DNA of 64,000 nt from Candidatus Multivoradales bacterium (GTDB lineage: Bacteria; Acidobacteriota; Thermoanaerobaculia; Multivoradales; Multivoraceae), in the NCBI GenBank assembly GCA_965223325.1, contig CBDCWI010000002.1, positions 3,648,001-3,712,000 on the forward strand, given 5' to 3'. The notes under the pieces were generated by a model, which saw only the letters and a list, made by a program, of their open reading frames with translations, was not told the DNA's origin and did not search any database. Positions 9,574 to 20,122 of the stretch are shown in pieces (within the stretch, counting starts at the first letter, position 1; each line of letters opens with the position of its first letter). The position numbers and the translations under genes were made by a program.

Positions 9574-10569
9574 ATGGACATCCATCCAGACATTCTCTCG
9601 ACCCTCGGCAATACGCCTCTGGTCGAGCTCGCGCGGTTCTGGAAGGGTGAAGCGCTCCTGGCTGCCAAGATCGAGACCTTCAACCCGGGGTCCAGCGTCA
9701 AAGACCGCATCGGCATCGCAATGATCGAGGCCGCCGAGCGCGACGGGTTGCTCGAGCCGGGTGGCACGATCGTCGAGCCGACCTCAGGTAACACCGGGCT
9801 CGGCCTGGCTATCGTCGCTGCGCTGCGCGGCTACAAGCTGATCTGCACGGCGGCTGACAAGATCCCCCGCGAGAAGGTGGCGCTGCTCGAAGCGCACGGC
9901 GTCAAGGTGATCACCTGCCCATACGACGTCGAAGCCGACGATCCCCGCTCGTACTACAAGGTCGCCGAGAAGATCCGCGATGAAGACGGCGCCTTCATGC
10001 CCTACCAGTACTACAACCAGGCGAATCCTGGCGCTCACTACGAAACCACAGGTCCTGAGATCTGGCGCCAGACCGACGGGCGGATCACGCACTGGGTGGC
10101 GGGCATGGGAACCGGCGGTACCCTGACCGGTGCCGGGCGCTACTTGAAAGAACAGAACCCGGATATCCAGGTGGTCGCCGTCGACCCGGTCGGGAGCGTC
10201 TACGCCTACTACAGCGAGCACCGCGAGCTGCCTCCGCAAGAGGAGATTCACGGGTACCTGATCGACGGCATCGGCGAAGACTTCCTGCCGACCTCAGTCT
10301 GGTGGGACGCGGTCGACTCGGTCGTCACCGTCGAAGACCCAGCTGCCTATCGGGCGGCCATCGAAATGGCAAAGGTCGAAGGGATCTTCTGCGGTTCTTC
10401 GGGTGGGGCGGCCGTCGAGGGGGCGCGCCGCGTCGCTGCGGGTCTCGATCGGGATGCCATCGTCGTCAGCTTGATTCCTGACTCGGGCGAGCGCTACCTC
10501 TCGAAGTTCAACGAGGAGTGGTTGTCGGCCAACGGTCTGGGCGGCCTAATCTCCAGCGACGTTTCCTGA
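9574..10569 (+). CDS. PLP-dependent cysteine synthase / cystathionine beta-synthase family protein
   Basis: GNTPLV, NPGSSVKDR (PLP Lys), EPTSGNTG, GMGTGGT, GSSGG. Confidence 0.92.
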   Translation: MDIHPDILSTLGNTPLVELARFWKGEALLAAKIETFNPGSSVKDRIGIAMIEAAERDGLLEPGGTIVEPTSGNTGLGLAIVAALRGYKLICTAADKIPREKVALLEAHGVKVITCPYDVEADDPRSYYKVAEKIRDEDGAFMPYQYYNQANPGAHYETTGPEIWRQTDGRITHWVAGMGTGGTLTGAGRYLKEQNPDIQVVAVDPVGSVYAYYSEHRELPPQEEIHGYLIDGIGEDFLPTSVWWDAVDSVVTVEDPAAYRAAIEMAKVEGIFCGSSGGAAVEGARRVAAGLDRDAIVVSLIPDSGERYLSKFNEEWLSANGLGGLISSDVS

Positions 10570-10579
10570 CCGGAACCCC

Positions 10580-11770
10580 TCAGCACGGCTCCAACAAGAG
10601 GGCGGTCATGTCGTCCTCGGGTTCGCTGCCCTCGCCGAGGCGATCGATGAGCTGATCGATCCAAGCCAACGGCGTTGTGGTGGTCTGGCTCGCGACCACG
10701 TTCTCGAACATCTCGTAGCCGAGCGGGTCGCCGCTGGCGGTCGGCGTTTCGGGAAGACCGTCGGTGTAGAGGAGAATGCGTTCGTTCGCCGAGAGCGAAA
10801 AACTGGTCGTCTGGTATGCGACGTTGCGGCGGAGCCCCAGCGGCAGCCGCGGCCCAGGGACAGCAAGCTGGCGCGGCGGCTTGCCGGCGCTGATGATCAA
10901 CGGGTCGGGCAGGCCGCAGTTGACCAGCTCGAGCTCGCGTGTCGAAGGATCGTAGTGGGCGAAGGCCAGGGCGACGAACTCGCGTGGGTCCAGCTCGTCG
11001 TACAAGCGATGGTTGAGTTCCTGGATGGTCTCGAGGATGCCGTGATCGGGCGCCAGGACGCGAAGCGAGGCCCGCGCCGAGGCCATGATGAGGCTGGCAC
11101 CAATGCCCTTGCCGGCGACGTCGGCCATGACCAGCGCGATGTGACGTTCTGAGACGCGGTAGAAGTCGTAGAAGTCTCCGCCAACGAACTGCGCCGGGCG
11201 GTGGCGAGCCGCGAGGCGGTAGCCGTGTCCGTTGACTTCCGCCGGTGGCAGCAGGCGCCGCTGGATGTCGCGTGCGATATGGCGCTCCTTCTCGTTGGCC
11301 ATCCGTTGGCGCTCGGCCTCGCGCTCGATGTTGCGCGAGTTCTCGAAGGCGATCATGAGATAGCTCACCGCCGCTGCCAGTGCGTACATCAAAAGGCCGT
11401 AGACCAGAAAGACGGGCGCCTGCAGTCTGAAGTCGGCGATATAGCCGTGGCTTCCCGGAAGGCGGTCGAGAACGTAGGCCCAGATATTGCCGACCGCCAG
11501 CCAGGCCGACGACGACAGGATCGCCCCCACCCCGTGCACCGTGAGCAGGCGCCAGGCGTTGGCGGGCTCGGCCGGTACATAGCGGCTCGGATACCAGGAG
11601 GAGAGACAGACCAGGGCATAGAGCAGACCGAGCGGGATGGCGAGCGCCGCCGCGTGGCCGGCCGAGACTTCGCGCGTTAGACCGACGAGGACCGCCAGCA
11701 GAAGAGCGCTGGGAAGCCATGCGGCGATGTAGAAACGGAGCCGGCCGGGCTCGCTGAGAATCGGATGCAC
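10580..11770 (-). CDS. Membrane-anchored PP2C/SpoIIE (RsbU-type) phosphatase
   Basis: About four N-terminal TM helices; ARDIQRRLLP, VGGDFYD, ADVAGKG, YTDGL, EDDMT. Confidence 0.9.
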   Translation of the reverse strand: MHPILSEPGRLRFYIAAWLPSALLLAVLVGLTREVSAGHAAALAIPLGLLYALVCLSSWYPSRYVPAEPANAWRLLTVHGVGAILSSSAWLAVGNIWAYVLDRLPGSHGYIADFRLQAPVFLVYGLLMYALAAAVSYLMIAFENSRNIEREAERQRMANEKERHIARDIQRRLLPPAEVNGHGYRLAARHRPAQFVGGDFYDFYRVSERHIALVMADVAGKGIGASLIMASARASLRVLAPDHGILETIQELNHRLYDELDPREFVALAFAHYDPSTRELELVNCGLPDPLIISAGKPPRQLAVPGPRLPLGLRRNVAYQTTSFSLSANERILLYTDGLPETPTASGDPLGYEMFENVVASQTTTTPLAWIDQLIDRLGEGSEPEDDMTALLLEPC

Positions 11771-11868
11771 GGTCTACTCGGGTTGACAGCCGGGGAGGTT
11801 CGACGGGGACTCGGGGAGAAAGCGAGAAAGCGAGAAGGCGAGGGGCGGGGGTACTCGGCCACGAGGTT

Positions 11869-12561
11869 CTAACGAACCGGGTTGACCTCGACGCCTCCCA
11901 TCAGGACCAGACCGCGCAGGACGAGTTGCTTGGTGGAGTCGCGCTCCGGTCCGCCTGTGGTGTTCTCGAAGCCTCCTGCGATGACTGTCAGTTCCGAAGT
12001 GACAGTCCAGTCGGCCGGCACCAGGATCTCCACCCCACCCCAGAAAGCGAGCACATCAATCACCGCTGGTTCGAGCCCGAGGTCAGCCTGGCTGAGGTCG
12101 ACCTCGCATCCGCCCATGATGGCGGTGAAGTCACCGGCCTCGAACCGTTCGCTCGAAGACTGACTCTTCAAACCAGTCCAGAAGGCAAACCCAGAGAGCT
12201 CTGGCAGTGCGTCGGGCTTGTCACGACACCGTGCCCTGGCTCCCAGCGACCGGGTGACGAGATTCAGGCCGATGAACACCAGCACCAGAGGCCACAAGTC
12301 GAACGGGTCGAAGTGAATGATGTTGAGGTTTCTAAACAGGAGCAGGATGCCCGCAGCCATCCACCCGAGCCCCGCAAGCCAACGTGTTTGTTTGCCCAGG
12401 AGGTGCAGCAGTCCTAGAACGATCAGGGCGATTGGCCAGTAGGCGAGGATCGGCCGGGCGTCGACCAGGCCGAGGTTCTCGAGGGTGAACAGGACCCCCA
12501 GGGCGAGGAGCGAGATTCCGAGGACGAGCTTCGGGGCTGCGAGATTTCGACGACGTGGCAT
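11869..12561 (-). CDS. LiaF-like (DUF5668 + cell-envelope stress) membrane protein
   Basis: Four N-terminal TM segments with WP motifs; C-terminal repeats AIMGGCEVDL, AFWGGVEI, VLMGGVEV. Confidence 0.8.
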   Translation of the reverse strand: MPRRRNLAAPKLVLGISLLALGVLFTLENLGLVDARPILAYWPIALIVLGLLHLLGKQTRWLAGLGWMAAGILLLFRNLNIIHFDPFDLWPLVLVFIGLNLVTRSLGARARCRDKPDALPELSGFAFWTGLKSQSSSERFEAGDFTAIMGGCEVDLSQADLGLEPAVIDVLAFWGGVEILVPADWTVTSELTVIAGGFENTTGGPERDSTKQLVLRGLVLMGGVEVNPVR

Positions 12562-12706
12562 GAAAGTCCCTCCTTGGGAACTTCGGCGGAGTTGCACGAC
12601 CAGGGGCTGCGCCGGAGGCGGCATCGCTGGTCTCTTGAGATACGTGGGCTGGCCGCTGCGGTTCTGTACGTCCCCTCTCCCCCTTCGCCGGGTGCGGGCA
12701 CAGTTC

Positions 12707-13069
12707 TCAGGCTGGCTCCGAGGTTGCCAGGAGCGGCATCTGTTGTCTTTCGGCCTCGAGCAGGACTTCAGCGACCTTGGTTTCGGCGACCGCACGCGGG
12801 TATACGCCGGCGACTCCGAGGCCGGAACGGTGGACCTGCAACATGATGCGCGTCGCCTCCGCGCTCGACTTGTTGAAGAAGCGCATCAACACCTCGACGA
12901 CGAAGTCCATGGTGGTGAAGTCGTCGTTGTGCAGGAGCACCCGGAACATGCGGGGCGACTGAACGAGCACTTTCTCTTGGGTCAGGACACTAGTTTCGCC
13001 GTCGCGATCAGGCCGGCTCAGGCGAGTCGCTCGGGCGTTCGATCGTCTGGACCGGTCGTCTTTTGACAT
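12707..13069 (-). CDS. clpS: ATP-dependent Clp protease adaptor ClpS
   Basis: FRVLLHNDDFTTMDFVVEVL, IMLQVH, GVY..AVAETK. Confidence 0.95.
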   Translation of the reverse strand: MSKDDRSRRSNARATRLSRPDRDGETSVLTQEKVLVQSPRMFRVLLHNDDFTTMDFVVEVLMRFFNKSSAEATRIMLQVHRSGLGVAGVYPRAVAETKVAEVLLEAERQQMPLLATSEPA

Positions 13070-13261
13070 GGGTAGCAGCGGCGTTGTTGGGGGTTGGGGG
13101 CGGCGCGGAAGACAGCAGGGCGAAGCAGCTTATCGTGAGCGCCTCCGCTGTCAGCAGAGATCTGGTTCCGGGTGCCCAGAACTGTCAGAATCGACGGATA
13201 CCCTCACTCACCCCGCGAGGCCTTCGCCGGCCTCGTGGTTGTTGGAACAAAGCGCACTCCG

Positions 13262-16150
13262 ATGAGCGAATCCGAGCAACCCGTTCCTGCGGCACGGCCA
13301 GAGCCTCGCCGTCGCCCCCTGTACCGAAAGGTCGTTGGGCCGCGTCTCGAGAAGCTCTTGTTCGTGGTGTTTGCGCTTGCGGCCCTCCTGGCTTTGAATG
13401 CCACCTACCTTCTCGGTGTGCGCATTCTCGAGGCGGCCTCCGGCCAGACGTACCAGAACTGGTTCTTCATGAACATGTTTCTGCTGCATCTGGTTCTCGG
13501 TTTTGTCTTTGTCTTGCCGGTCATCGTCTTTGGCATCGCGCACATGCGCAACGCCTACAACCGGCCCAACCGGCGCGCGGTCATGGTTGGCTATGGGCTA
13601 TTTGCCACAGCGCTCGTTCTGCTCGTTAGCGGCGTGGTCCTGACGCGCATCGAGGGTGTGGTCGAAGTGCGCGACCCTGCGGTTCGGCAGGCGGCCTTCT
13701 GGCTGCACGTGATCACCCCGTTGGTGGCCGCTTGGCTGTTTGTTCTCCATCGGCTGGCCGGCAAGCGCATCCGTTGGGAGATCGGTCGACGGTGGGCACT
13801 GGTTGCCCTGGTTCTCGGCGTCGTGATGCTGGTTCTGCAGGCGCAGGACCCGCGTAACTGGAACGTGGAAGGGCCAGAGGAAGGCCTGGCCTACTTCTTT
13901 CCCTCGCTTGCCCGCACCGCAACGGGTGACTTCATTCCGGCTCGCGTGCTGCAGAACGACGCGTACTGCCAGGAGTGTCACGAAGACGTGCACGCTGCCT
14001 GGGCTGGCAGTGCGCACAAGCTGAGCTCTTTCAACAACCCGGTGTATCTATTCTCGGTGCGCGAAACCCGGCGCGACTCGCTCGCCCGCGATGGCGATGT
14101 CAAGGCGTCGCGCTTTTGTGCCGGCTGCCACGACCCGGTGGTGTTCTTCAGTGGTCGCTTCGACGATCCGGAGTTCGACGACGAGTCTGACCCGACGGCG
14201 CACGCCGGGATCACCTGTACGGTTTGCCACTCCATTAGCCACATCAACTCGCCGCGCGGCAACTCGGACTACACCATCGAAGAGCCCGAGCACTACCCCT
14301 TCGCCTTCAGCGACAACCCGGCCCTCGCCTACATCAACCGGCAGCTGGTCAAGGCGAAGCCCGAGTTGCACCGACGCACCTTCTTGAAGCCGTTTCATAA
14401 GGAAGCCGAGTTCTGCGGCACCTGTCACAAGGTCCACCTACCCAAGGAGCTCAACGACTACAAGTTCCTGCGCGGGCAGAACCACTACGACTCGTGGCTA
14501 CTGTCGGGCGTTTCCGGGCACGGCGTGGCGAGCTTCTACTACCCCGAGCGGGCTGAAACCAACTGCAACGGTTGTCACATGGAGCTTCTGCCTTCGGACG
14601 ACTTCGGAGCCCGTCGCTATGAGGAAGGCGAGGGGCGCACGAAGCCCGGGGTCTCGCGCGACGGTCTGATGGTGCACGATCACCTCTTCCCGTCGGCGAA
14701 TACGGCGGTGCCGTACCTGCTCGGGCTCGACCCCGGGATCACCCTCCAGCACCGCCAGTTCAGCGGCGGTAGAGAAGTCCTCCCCACCCGCATGCCGGCG
14801 CAGGCGGAGGTCCGCGAAGGCATACGGGAGGGCGTTGTGCGCCTTGACCTCTTCGGTCTCAGAAAGGGCGGCGCGGTGGACGGTGAGCTGGTCGCACCGC
14901 TGCGCCCGGAGATCCCCGAGCTCGTCCCGGGGGAGAGCTACCTTTTCGAGGTCGTCGTTCGGACCCTCGACCTGGGTCACGATCTGACTCAAGGAACCTC
15001 AGACTCCAACCAACTTTGGCTCGACATCGAGGCCCGCACCGGCGATCGGCTGGTGGGACGCAGCGGTGCACGCGACGAGACCGGCCGGGTCGACGCCTGG
15101 TCGCACTTCGTCAACACCTACATGCTCGAGCGCTCTGGCCGTCGCCTCGAGCGTCGCAACGCCGAGGACATCTTCGTTCCGCTCTACAACCACCAGATTC
15201 CGCCTGGAGCCGGTGATGTCGTGCACTATCGACTCGATGTGCCGGCGGATGCCACCGAACCGATCGCGTTGGCGGTGGCGCTGCGCTATCGCAAGTTCGA
15301 CACCACGCTCATGCAGCACATCTACGGCCCCGAGCATCGGAACGATCTGCCGATCATGACTCTGGCCAGTGACGAGTTGCTGTTGCCAGTGCGTGGAGGC
15401 GCTCCTCTTTCCCAGCCGAACCCACCGCGCGACATTCTCACCTGGCAACGGTGGAACGACTATGGCATCGGGCTCCTGCGCAAGGGGCGCAGCAAAGGCC
15501 AGTTGCGCCAGGCCGAGGAGGCCTTTGCTCGCGTCGAAGAGGCGGGACGACCCGAAGGTCCGCTCAATCTGGCGCGGGTCTATCTGGAGCAAGGCGCCGT
15601 CCAGGAGCGCGCGGTTGCCGCCCTCGAACGCGCCGCCTCGTTCGATCCGCCGGCACCGGAGTGGTCGATCGCCTGGTTCTCTGCTCAGGTCGACAAGCAG
15701 AATGGCTTTCTCGATGAGGCCATCGAGCGCCTCGAGGGCATCGTCGAGTTGTCGACCGAGGAGACCCGTCGTCGTGCGTTCGACTTTTCGCGTGACTACC
15801 GTCTCACAAACGAGCTGGGCCTGGTGCTCTTCGAGCGAGCCAAGCAGGAGCGTGGCGAGAGTCGGGCCGCGGCACGGCGCGAAATGCTCGAGCGTGCTGC
15901 TGGCTGGTTCGAGAAGTCCCTCGCCCTGGATCCCGAGAATGTGACGGCGCACTACAACTCGAACCTGCTCTACCGGCAACTCGGCGACGACGAGAAGGCG
16001 CGGCACCACCTCGAGCGGTACCTGGCCTACAAGCCAGACGACAACGCGCGCGACAAAGCGATCGCCATCGCCCGCGCCGCCGACCCGGCGGCCAATCATG
16101 CGGCAGAGGCGGTGGTGATCTACGATCTTGGGCGCACCCTCGAAGACTGA
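13262..16150 (+). CDS. Membrane-anchored multiheme c-type cytochrome with C-terminal TPRs
   Basis: About five TM helices, five CxxCH motifs (CQECH, CAGCH, CTVCH, CGTCH, CNGCH), then WNDYGIGLL and TPRs. Confidence 0.85.
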   Translation: MSESEQPVPAARPEPRRRPLYRKVVGPRLEKLLFVVFALAALLALNATYLLGVRILEAASGQTYQNWFFMNMFLLHLVLGFVFVLPVIVFGIAHMRNAYNRPNRRAVMVGYGLFATALVLLVSGVVLTRIEGVVEVRDPAVRQAAFWLHVITPLVAAWLFVLHRLAGKRIRWEIGRRWALVALVLGVVMLVLQAQDPRNWNVEGPEEGLAYFFPSLARTATGDFIPARVLQNDAYCQECHEDVHAAWAGSAHKLSSFNNPVYLFSVRETRRDSLARDGDVKASRFCAGCHDPVVFFSGRFDDPEFDDESDPTAHAGITCTVCHSISHINSPRGNSDYTIEEPEHYPFAFSDNPALAYINRQLVKAKPELHRRTFLKPFHKEAEFCGTCHKVHLPKELNDYKFLRGQNHYDSWLLSGVSGHGVASFYYPERAETNCNGCHMELLPSDDFGARRYEEGEGRTKPGVSRDGLMVHDHLFPSANTAVPYLLGLDPGITLQHRQFSGGREVLPTRMPAQAEVREGIREGVVRLDLFGLRKGGAVDGELVAPLRPEIPELVPGESYLFEVVVRTLDLGHDLTQGTSDSNQLWLDIEARTGDRLVGRSGARDETGRVDAWSHFVNTYMLERSGRRLERRNAEDIFVPLYNHQIPPGAGDVVHYRLDVPADATEPIALAVALRYRKFDTTLMQHIYGPEHRNDLPIMTLASDELLLPVRGGAPLSQPNPPRDILTWQRWNDYGIGLLRKGRSKGQLRQAEEAFARVEEAGRPEGPLNLARVYLEQGAVQERAVAALERAASFDPPAPEWSIAWFSAQVDKQNGFLDEAIERLEGIVELSTEETRRRAFDFSRDYRLTNELGLVLFERAKQERGESRAAARREMLERAAGWFEKSLALDPENVTAHYNSNLLYRQLGDDEKARHHLERYLAYKPDDNARDKAIAIARAADPAANHAAEAVVIYDLGRTLED

Positions 16151-16182
16151 CTCCATCTCCGGCGCCAGCGAGAGCTTTGCCC

Positions 16183-18051
16183 ATGTCGACGGACCCCCAA
16201 GATCCAAAGAACTCCAAACCACCCGAGGCGCCAGACGATGACCTGTGGGAAGAGGCGAGCAGTGACGACGAAGTCATTGGCCGCGCCTTCCGGCGCTCGA
16301 TCGTCGCTCTTCTAGCGCTCGGCCTCATTGCGGTCGTCGCGTTCTGGTTTTCGCGTCGACCCGAGAGCGCCGAGGAGAGTGCCATCGAGCGCGAAGCGCC
16401 GCAGCGCACTGTCACCGTCATAGAACCGCCAGATGTCTCGTGGGTCGACGCGAGCGCCGCGAGCGGAATCTCCTTCAGCCATCAAAACGGTGCGCGAGGA
16501 GAACGCTTGCTGCCCGAGACCATGGGAGGTGGCGGCGCTTTCTTCGACTGGGACCAGGACGGTGATCAGGACCTCTTGCTGGTCGACTCGGACCGGTGGC
16601 CACGAGACCAGGGACGGCGCGGTGCGTCGAAGGTCTTCGAGAACGACGGCACTGGCAGTTTTCATGTGGCTCAGGAACTCGCACCGATCTACGGCACCGG
16701 TACCGCTTCAGCCGATCTCGATGGCGATGGCTACCCAGAGGTGTTTATCGCTTCGGTTGGCCAGAACCGTCTCTACCGCAATGTCGCGGGCGGCCGGGGC
16801 GGCCGAAGGCTGGTGGATGTCAGCGCCGACTCGGGAGTTGCCGGAAGTTCGTCCGACTGGAGCACCAGTGCGGTCTTCTTCGACTACGACCGAGACGGTG
16901 ACCTCGACCTCTTCGTTGCCAACTACGTCCGCTGGTCCCGCGAGATCGACCTCGCCGTGGACTACCGGCTCACTGGGATCGGGCGTGCCTACGGACCACC
17001 GGTCAACTATCAGGGAAGCTTCCCGTCGTTGTATAGAAACGACGGCGATCTTCGCTTCGTCGATGTCTCGCAAGCCGCCGGGATGCATGTCACCAACAGC
17101 GCGACCGGCGAGCCGGTCGCCAAATCTCTGGGCGTCGTTGCGCACGATGTCGATCAGGACGGCTGGCCCGATCTGTTCGTCGCCAACGATACGGTGCGCA
17201 ACTTCCTCCTGCACAACCAGGGTGACGGCACCTTCGAGGAGATCGGGGAAGAGGCCGGCCTGGCGTATGGGCGCGACGGCGCTGCGACGGGTGCGATGGG
17301 TATCGACGTCGCCTGGTTCCGGAACGATGGCGACCTTGCCATCGGGATCGGCAACTTCGCCAACGAGATGACGTCGTTCTACGTTTCGCAGGGCGACCCG
17401 CTGCTGTTTGCCGACCAGGCCATCGGTGAAGGGGTCGGTGCTCCCAGTCGCCGCAGTCTCACCTTTGGCCTCTTCTTCTTCGACTACGATCTCGACGGCC
17501 GCCTCGACCTGTTGCAGGTCAACGGCCACCTCGAGGAGGAGATCGCCCAGGTCGAGTCGAGCCAGAGCTACCGTCAGCCGCCGCAGTTGTTCTGGAACGC
17601 TGGCGATTCGGCCCGCACCTTTCTGCCGGTGCCGCTCGAAGGCACCAGCCTCGGCGAGCCCATCGTCGGTCGCGCATCGTCGTATGCCGACGTCGATGGC
17701 GATGGCGATCTCGACGTGTTGTTGCTCGAGGCTGGTGGCCCAGCTCGTCTCCTCCGCAACGAGCAGTCGACCGGCCACCACTGGCTACGCGTTGTACTCC
17801 GTGGCAACGGCGCTTCGGTTGCCAAGGATGCGATCGGGGCGGTCGTCGAGCTCGAGAGTGCTCTCGGTACCCAGCGCCGGGTGGTCATGCCAACCCGGGG
17901 ATACCAGTCGCAGGTCGAGCTGCCGGTGACCTTCGGCCTCAAGACCGAGGCTTCAGTGAAACAGCTGCGTGTTCACTGGCCGGACGGTTCCAGTGAGCAA
18001 GTGACGGTCGACAGCGTCGATCGGGTCCTGGAGATCGAGCAGCAAGGCTAG
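16183..18051 (+). CDS. CRTAC1 / FG-GAP repeat protein with ASPIC-UnbV domain
   Basis: Multiple DxDxDGDxD repeats; C-terminal GYQSQ…FGL…VHWPDG (UnbV). Confidence 0.88.
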   Translation: MSTDPQDPKNSKPPEAPDDDLWEEASSDDEVIGRAFRRSIVALLALGLIAVVAFWFSRRPESAEESAIEREAPQRTVTVIEPPDVSWVDASAASGISFSHQNGARGERLLPETMGGGGAFFDWDQDGDQDLLLVDSDRWPRDQGRRGASKVFENDGTGSFHVAQELAPIYGTGTASADLDGDGYPEVFIASVGQNRLYRNVAGGRGGRRLVDVSADSGVAGSSSDWSTSAVFFDYDRDGDLDLFVANYVRWSREIDLAVDYRLTGIGRAYGPPVNYQGSFPSLYRNDGDLRFVDVSQAAGMHVTNSATGEPVAKSLGVVAHDVDQDGWPDLFVANDTVRNFLLHNQGDGTFEEIGEEAGLAYGRDGAATGAMGIDVAWFRNDGDLAIGIGNFANEMTSFYVSQGDPLLFADQAIGEGVGAPSRRSLTFGLFFFDYDLDGRLDLLQVNGHLEEEIAQVESSQSYRQPPQLFWNAGDSARTFLPVPLEGTSLGEPIVGRASSYADVDGDGDLDVLLLEAGGPARLLRNEQSTGHHWLRVVLRGNGASVAKDAIGAVVELESALGTQRRVVMPTRGYQSQVELPVTFGLKTEASVKQLRVHWPDGSSEQVTVDSVDRVLEIEQQG

Positions 18052-18244
18052 ATCCTTCAGATGGTCGAGGGCGCGAAAAACTAGATTTTGTGGCATAATG
18101 AAGGGCTGCAACGTCGCGGTCTCGAAGAGGGTCCTGCGACAGCACGATTCGCCTTTCCTTGCCCTCCGCTGACCTGTGCCCGCAGGTAGCACAACCGCCA
18201 CTCCCGACAGGCTTCCGCCCCTTTCAATATGGCTACATTTTGAA

Positions 18245-20065
18245 ATGACCAGTCCGGACACCAAAGAAATCGGTCTGGGAGCCGTTGCCCAGAAGCTGGA
18301 AGAAACCGTCAAGCGGTTGCGTGACGAAAGTCAAGCACGCAAGAAGGAAGTCCAGTCGGAGCGTCTCGAGCGCAAGAAGATCGATCGCCAACTGGAGCTC
18401 ACCGCTGCCCGCATGGTGCAGCTAGAGCAGGAACGCGATCTGTTGCTCGCGCAGGTCAAAGAACTCGAATCAGACCTCGAGACCAATGGACACGGTGGAG
18501 CCTTTGCGGGCAAGCAGTCGGCAGAACTCGAGACGGCTCGCTCGGCCGCCGAACGCGCCCTGGTTGCCCGTGACGAGGCGATCGAGCGCCAGGCCGAGCT
18601 GCAGCGCGACAACGAGCGTCTCGAAGCGGCCGTCAAAGAACTGACGTCAGATCTGACCGGCCTGCGTAGCGGTGCTGAACAGGCGGCAACAGGGGCGGAG
18701 GACGAGCTCGAAGCGCTGCGCAGTCTTGCTCAGAGCTCTCGTGAACAGCTCGAACAGGTCGCAGCGCGTCTGACCCAGTGTGGTTTTGACGCTGAGACCG
18801 TGCCGGAGCAAGTGGAGGTACTGCTCGCGCGCCTGACCGAGGTCGAAGCCGAGTTGAACACCACGCGTCACGAACTCACCGAAGCCGCGGCCGCGGCACC
18901 CGATCCGGGTCTCGCCAAGGAACTCGAGAGCGCACAGGCGGAACTCGCCGAGCTGCAGAAAGCTGTCGAAGAGAACGCCGAGGAGACCGAGGCCGAAGAG
19001 ATGGCCGCGCGTGCCGCACAGGCTGAGGAGCAGCAGGCAAGCCTCGAGTCGGAACTCGAGAGTCTGCGCACTGCGCAAACCGCTCTGCAGGAGAAGCTCG
19101 CCGAGCAAGAGAAGGCCCTCGCAGCCGAGAAAGAGCGTGTCGAAGACCTGCAACTCGAGCTTTCGGCTGCCCAGGAACGCGGCACCGATCTCGAGCGTCA
19201 GGTCGTAGCGTCAGCAGGCGGCGCGATGGCACCGGTCGAACCCGAGGTGCCGCCGGCGGTGGCTGAGGAAACGGAGGAAGCGCCGGAACCGTCCAAGAAG
19301 GCGAAGAAGAAGGGCAAGGGAAAGAAGAAGAAGACCGAGAAGGCCAAAGAGCAGGAAGCCCAAGAAGCCGAGCCTCCGGCGACGGTCTCTTCTGGCGATG
19401 CCAGCACTCCGGAAGCCGACTCTTCTGAGGCCAGTGCAGAGATCTCCGACGACGGCGAGGTCGCCTTGTTGTCGGCCGACGATCTGGCGGAGATTCCCGA
19501 GCCACGCGATCCCGACGAGGAGATCGAAATCGACCCGACGGTGCTTCGCGATCAAATCCTCGGTGGCGAAGGCGTTCTCGACCACGCCGTGGACGACGGC
19601 GAAGCGTCGGCGTCGGCGCTCGACGAAGAGCGCGACGGCGAGGAAGCGATCGGAATGCGCCGACAGCGAGACTCGGGTTCCCAGAGCATCCTGCTCGCCG
19701 ACGATGAAGACGACGACGGTCCAGCGACCACCACAGTGAAGAAGGCATCGACCCCCAAACCTCCGCCGCCGCAGGTCAACGGCAGCAAGGAGGTCGACCT
19801 CAGCGGTTGTCTCGGCAAAGACGACGATCCCGGTGCCGAGAAGTTTGCGGTGATGGTCAAGGACGGGGCCGAGCTCGTGCGCACGCCGCGCTTTGGCAAG
19901 ATCGACCTCGTCAACCGGCTCGACATCCAGGTCAGCGATTGGCTCGAGACGGCCTCGAGCTGGGACGAGATCCAGGAGGTCTCGGGCGGCAAGATGGCCG
20001 AGCAGAAGCTGCTCGAAGTCATGTACCTCTTCTTCCAGCGCGACCTCTTCCGCCTGCGCCAATAG
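18245..20065 (+). CDS. Long coiled-coil hypothetical protein
   Basis: About 320 aa of E/A/L/Q heptads, a Lys-rich patch, an acidic linker and a small C-terminal domain. Confidence 0.75.
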   Translation: MTSPDTKEIGLGAVAQKLEETVKRLRDESQARKKEVQSERLERKKIDRQLELTAARMVQLEQERDLLLAQVKELESDLETNGHGGAFAGKQSAELETARSAAERALVARDEAIERQAELQRDNERLEAAVKELTSDLTGLRSGAEQAATGAEDELEALRSLAQSSREQLEQVAARLTQCGFDAETVPEQVEVLLARLTEVEAELNTTRHELTEAAAAAPDPGLAKELESAQAELAELQKAVEENAEETEAEEMAARAAQAEEQQASLESELESLRTAQTALQEKLAEQEKALAAEKERVEDLQLELSAAQERGTDLERQVVASAGGAMAPVEPEVPPAVAEETEEAPEPSKKAKKKGKGKKKKTEKAKEQEAQEAEPPATVSSGDASTPEADSSEASAEISDDGEVALLSADDLAEIPEPRDPDEEIEIDPTVLRDQILGGEGVLDHAVDDGEASASALDEERDGEEAIGMRRQRDSGSQSILLADDEDDDGPATTTVKKASTPKPPPPQVNGSKEVDLSGCLGKDDDPGAEKFAVMVKDGAELVRTPRFGKIDLVNRLDIQVSDWLETASSWDEIQEVSGGKMAEQKLLEVMYLFFQRDLFRLRQ

Positions 20066-20122
20066 CAGCACGCAGTAGCCGGCCACCCGGAGGCCTTTGC
20101 GCGGTCTACAATCGGGGCCACC

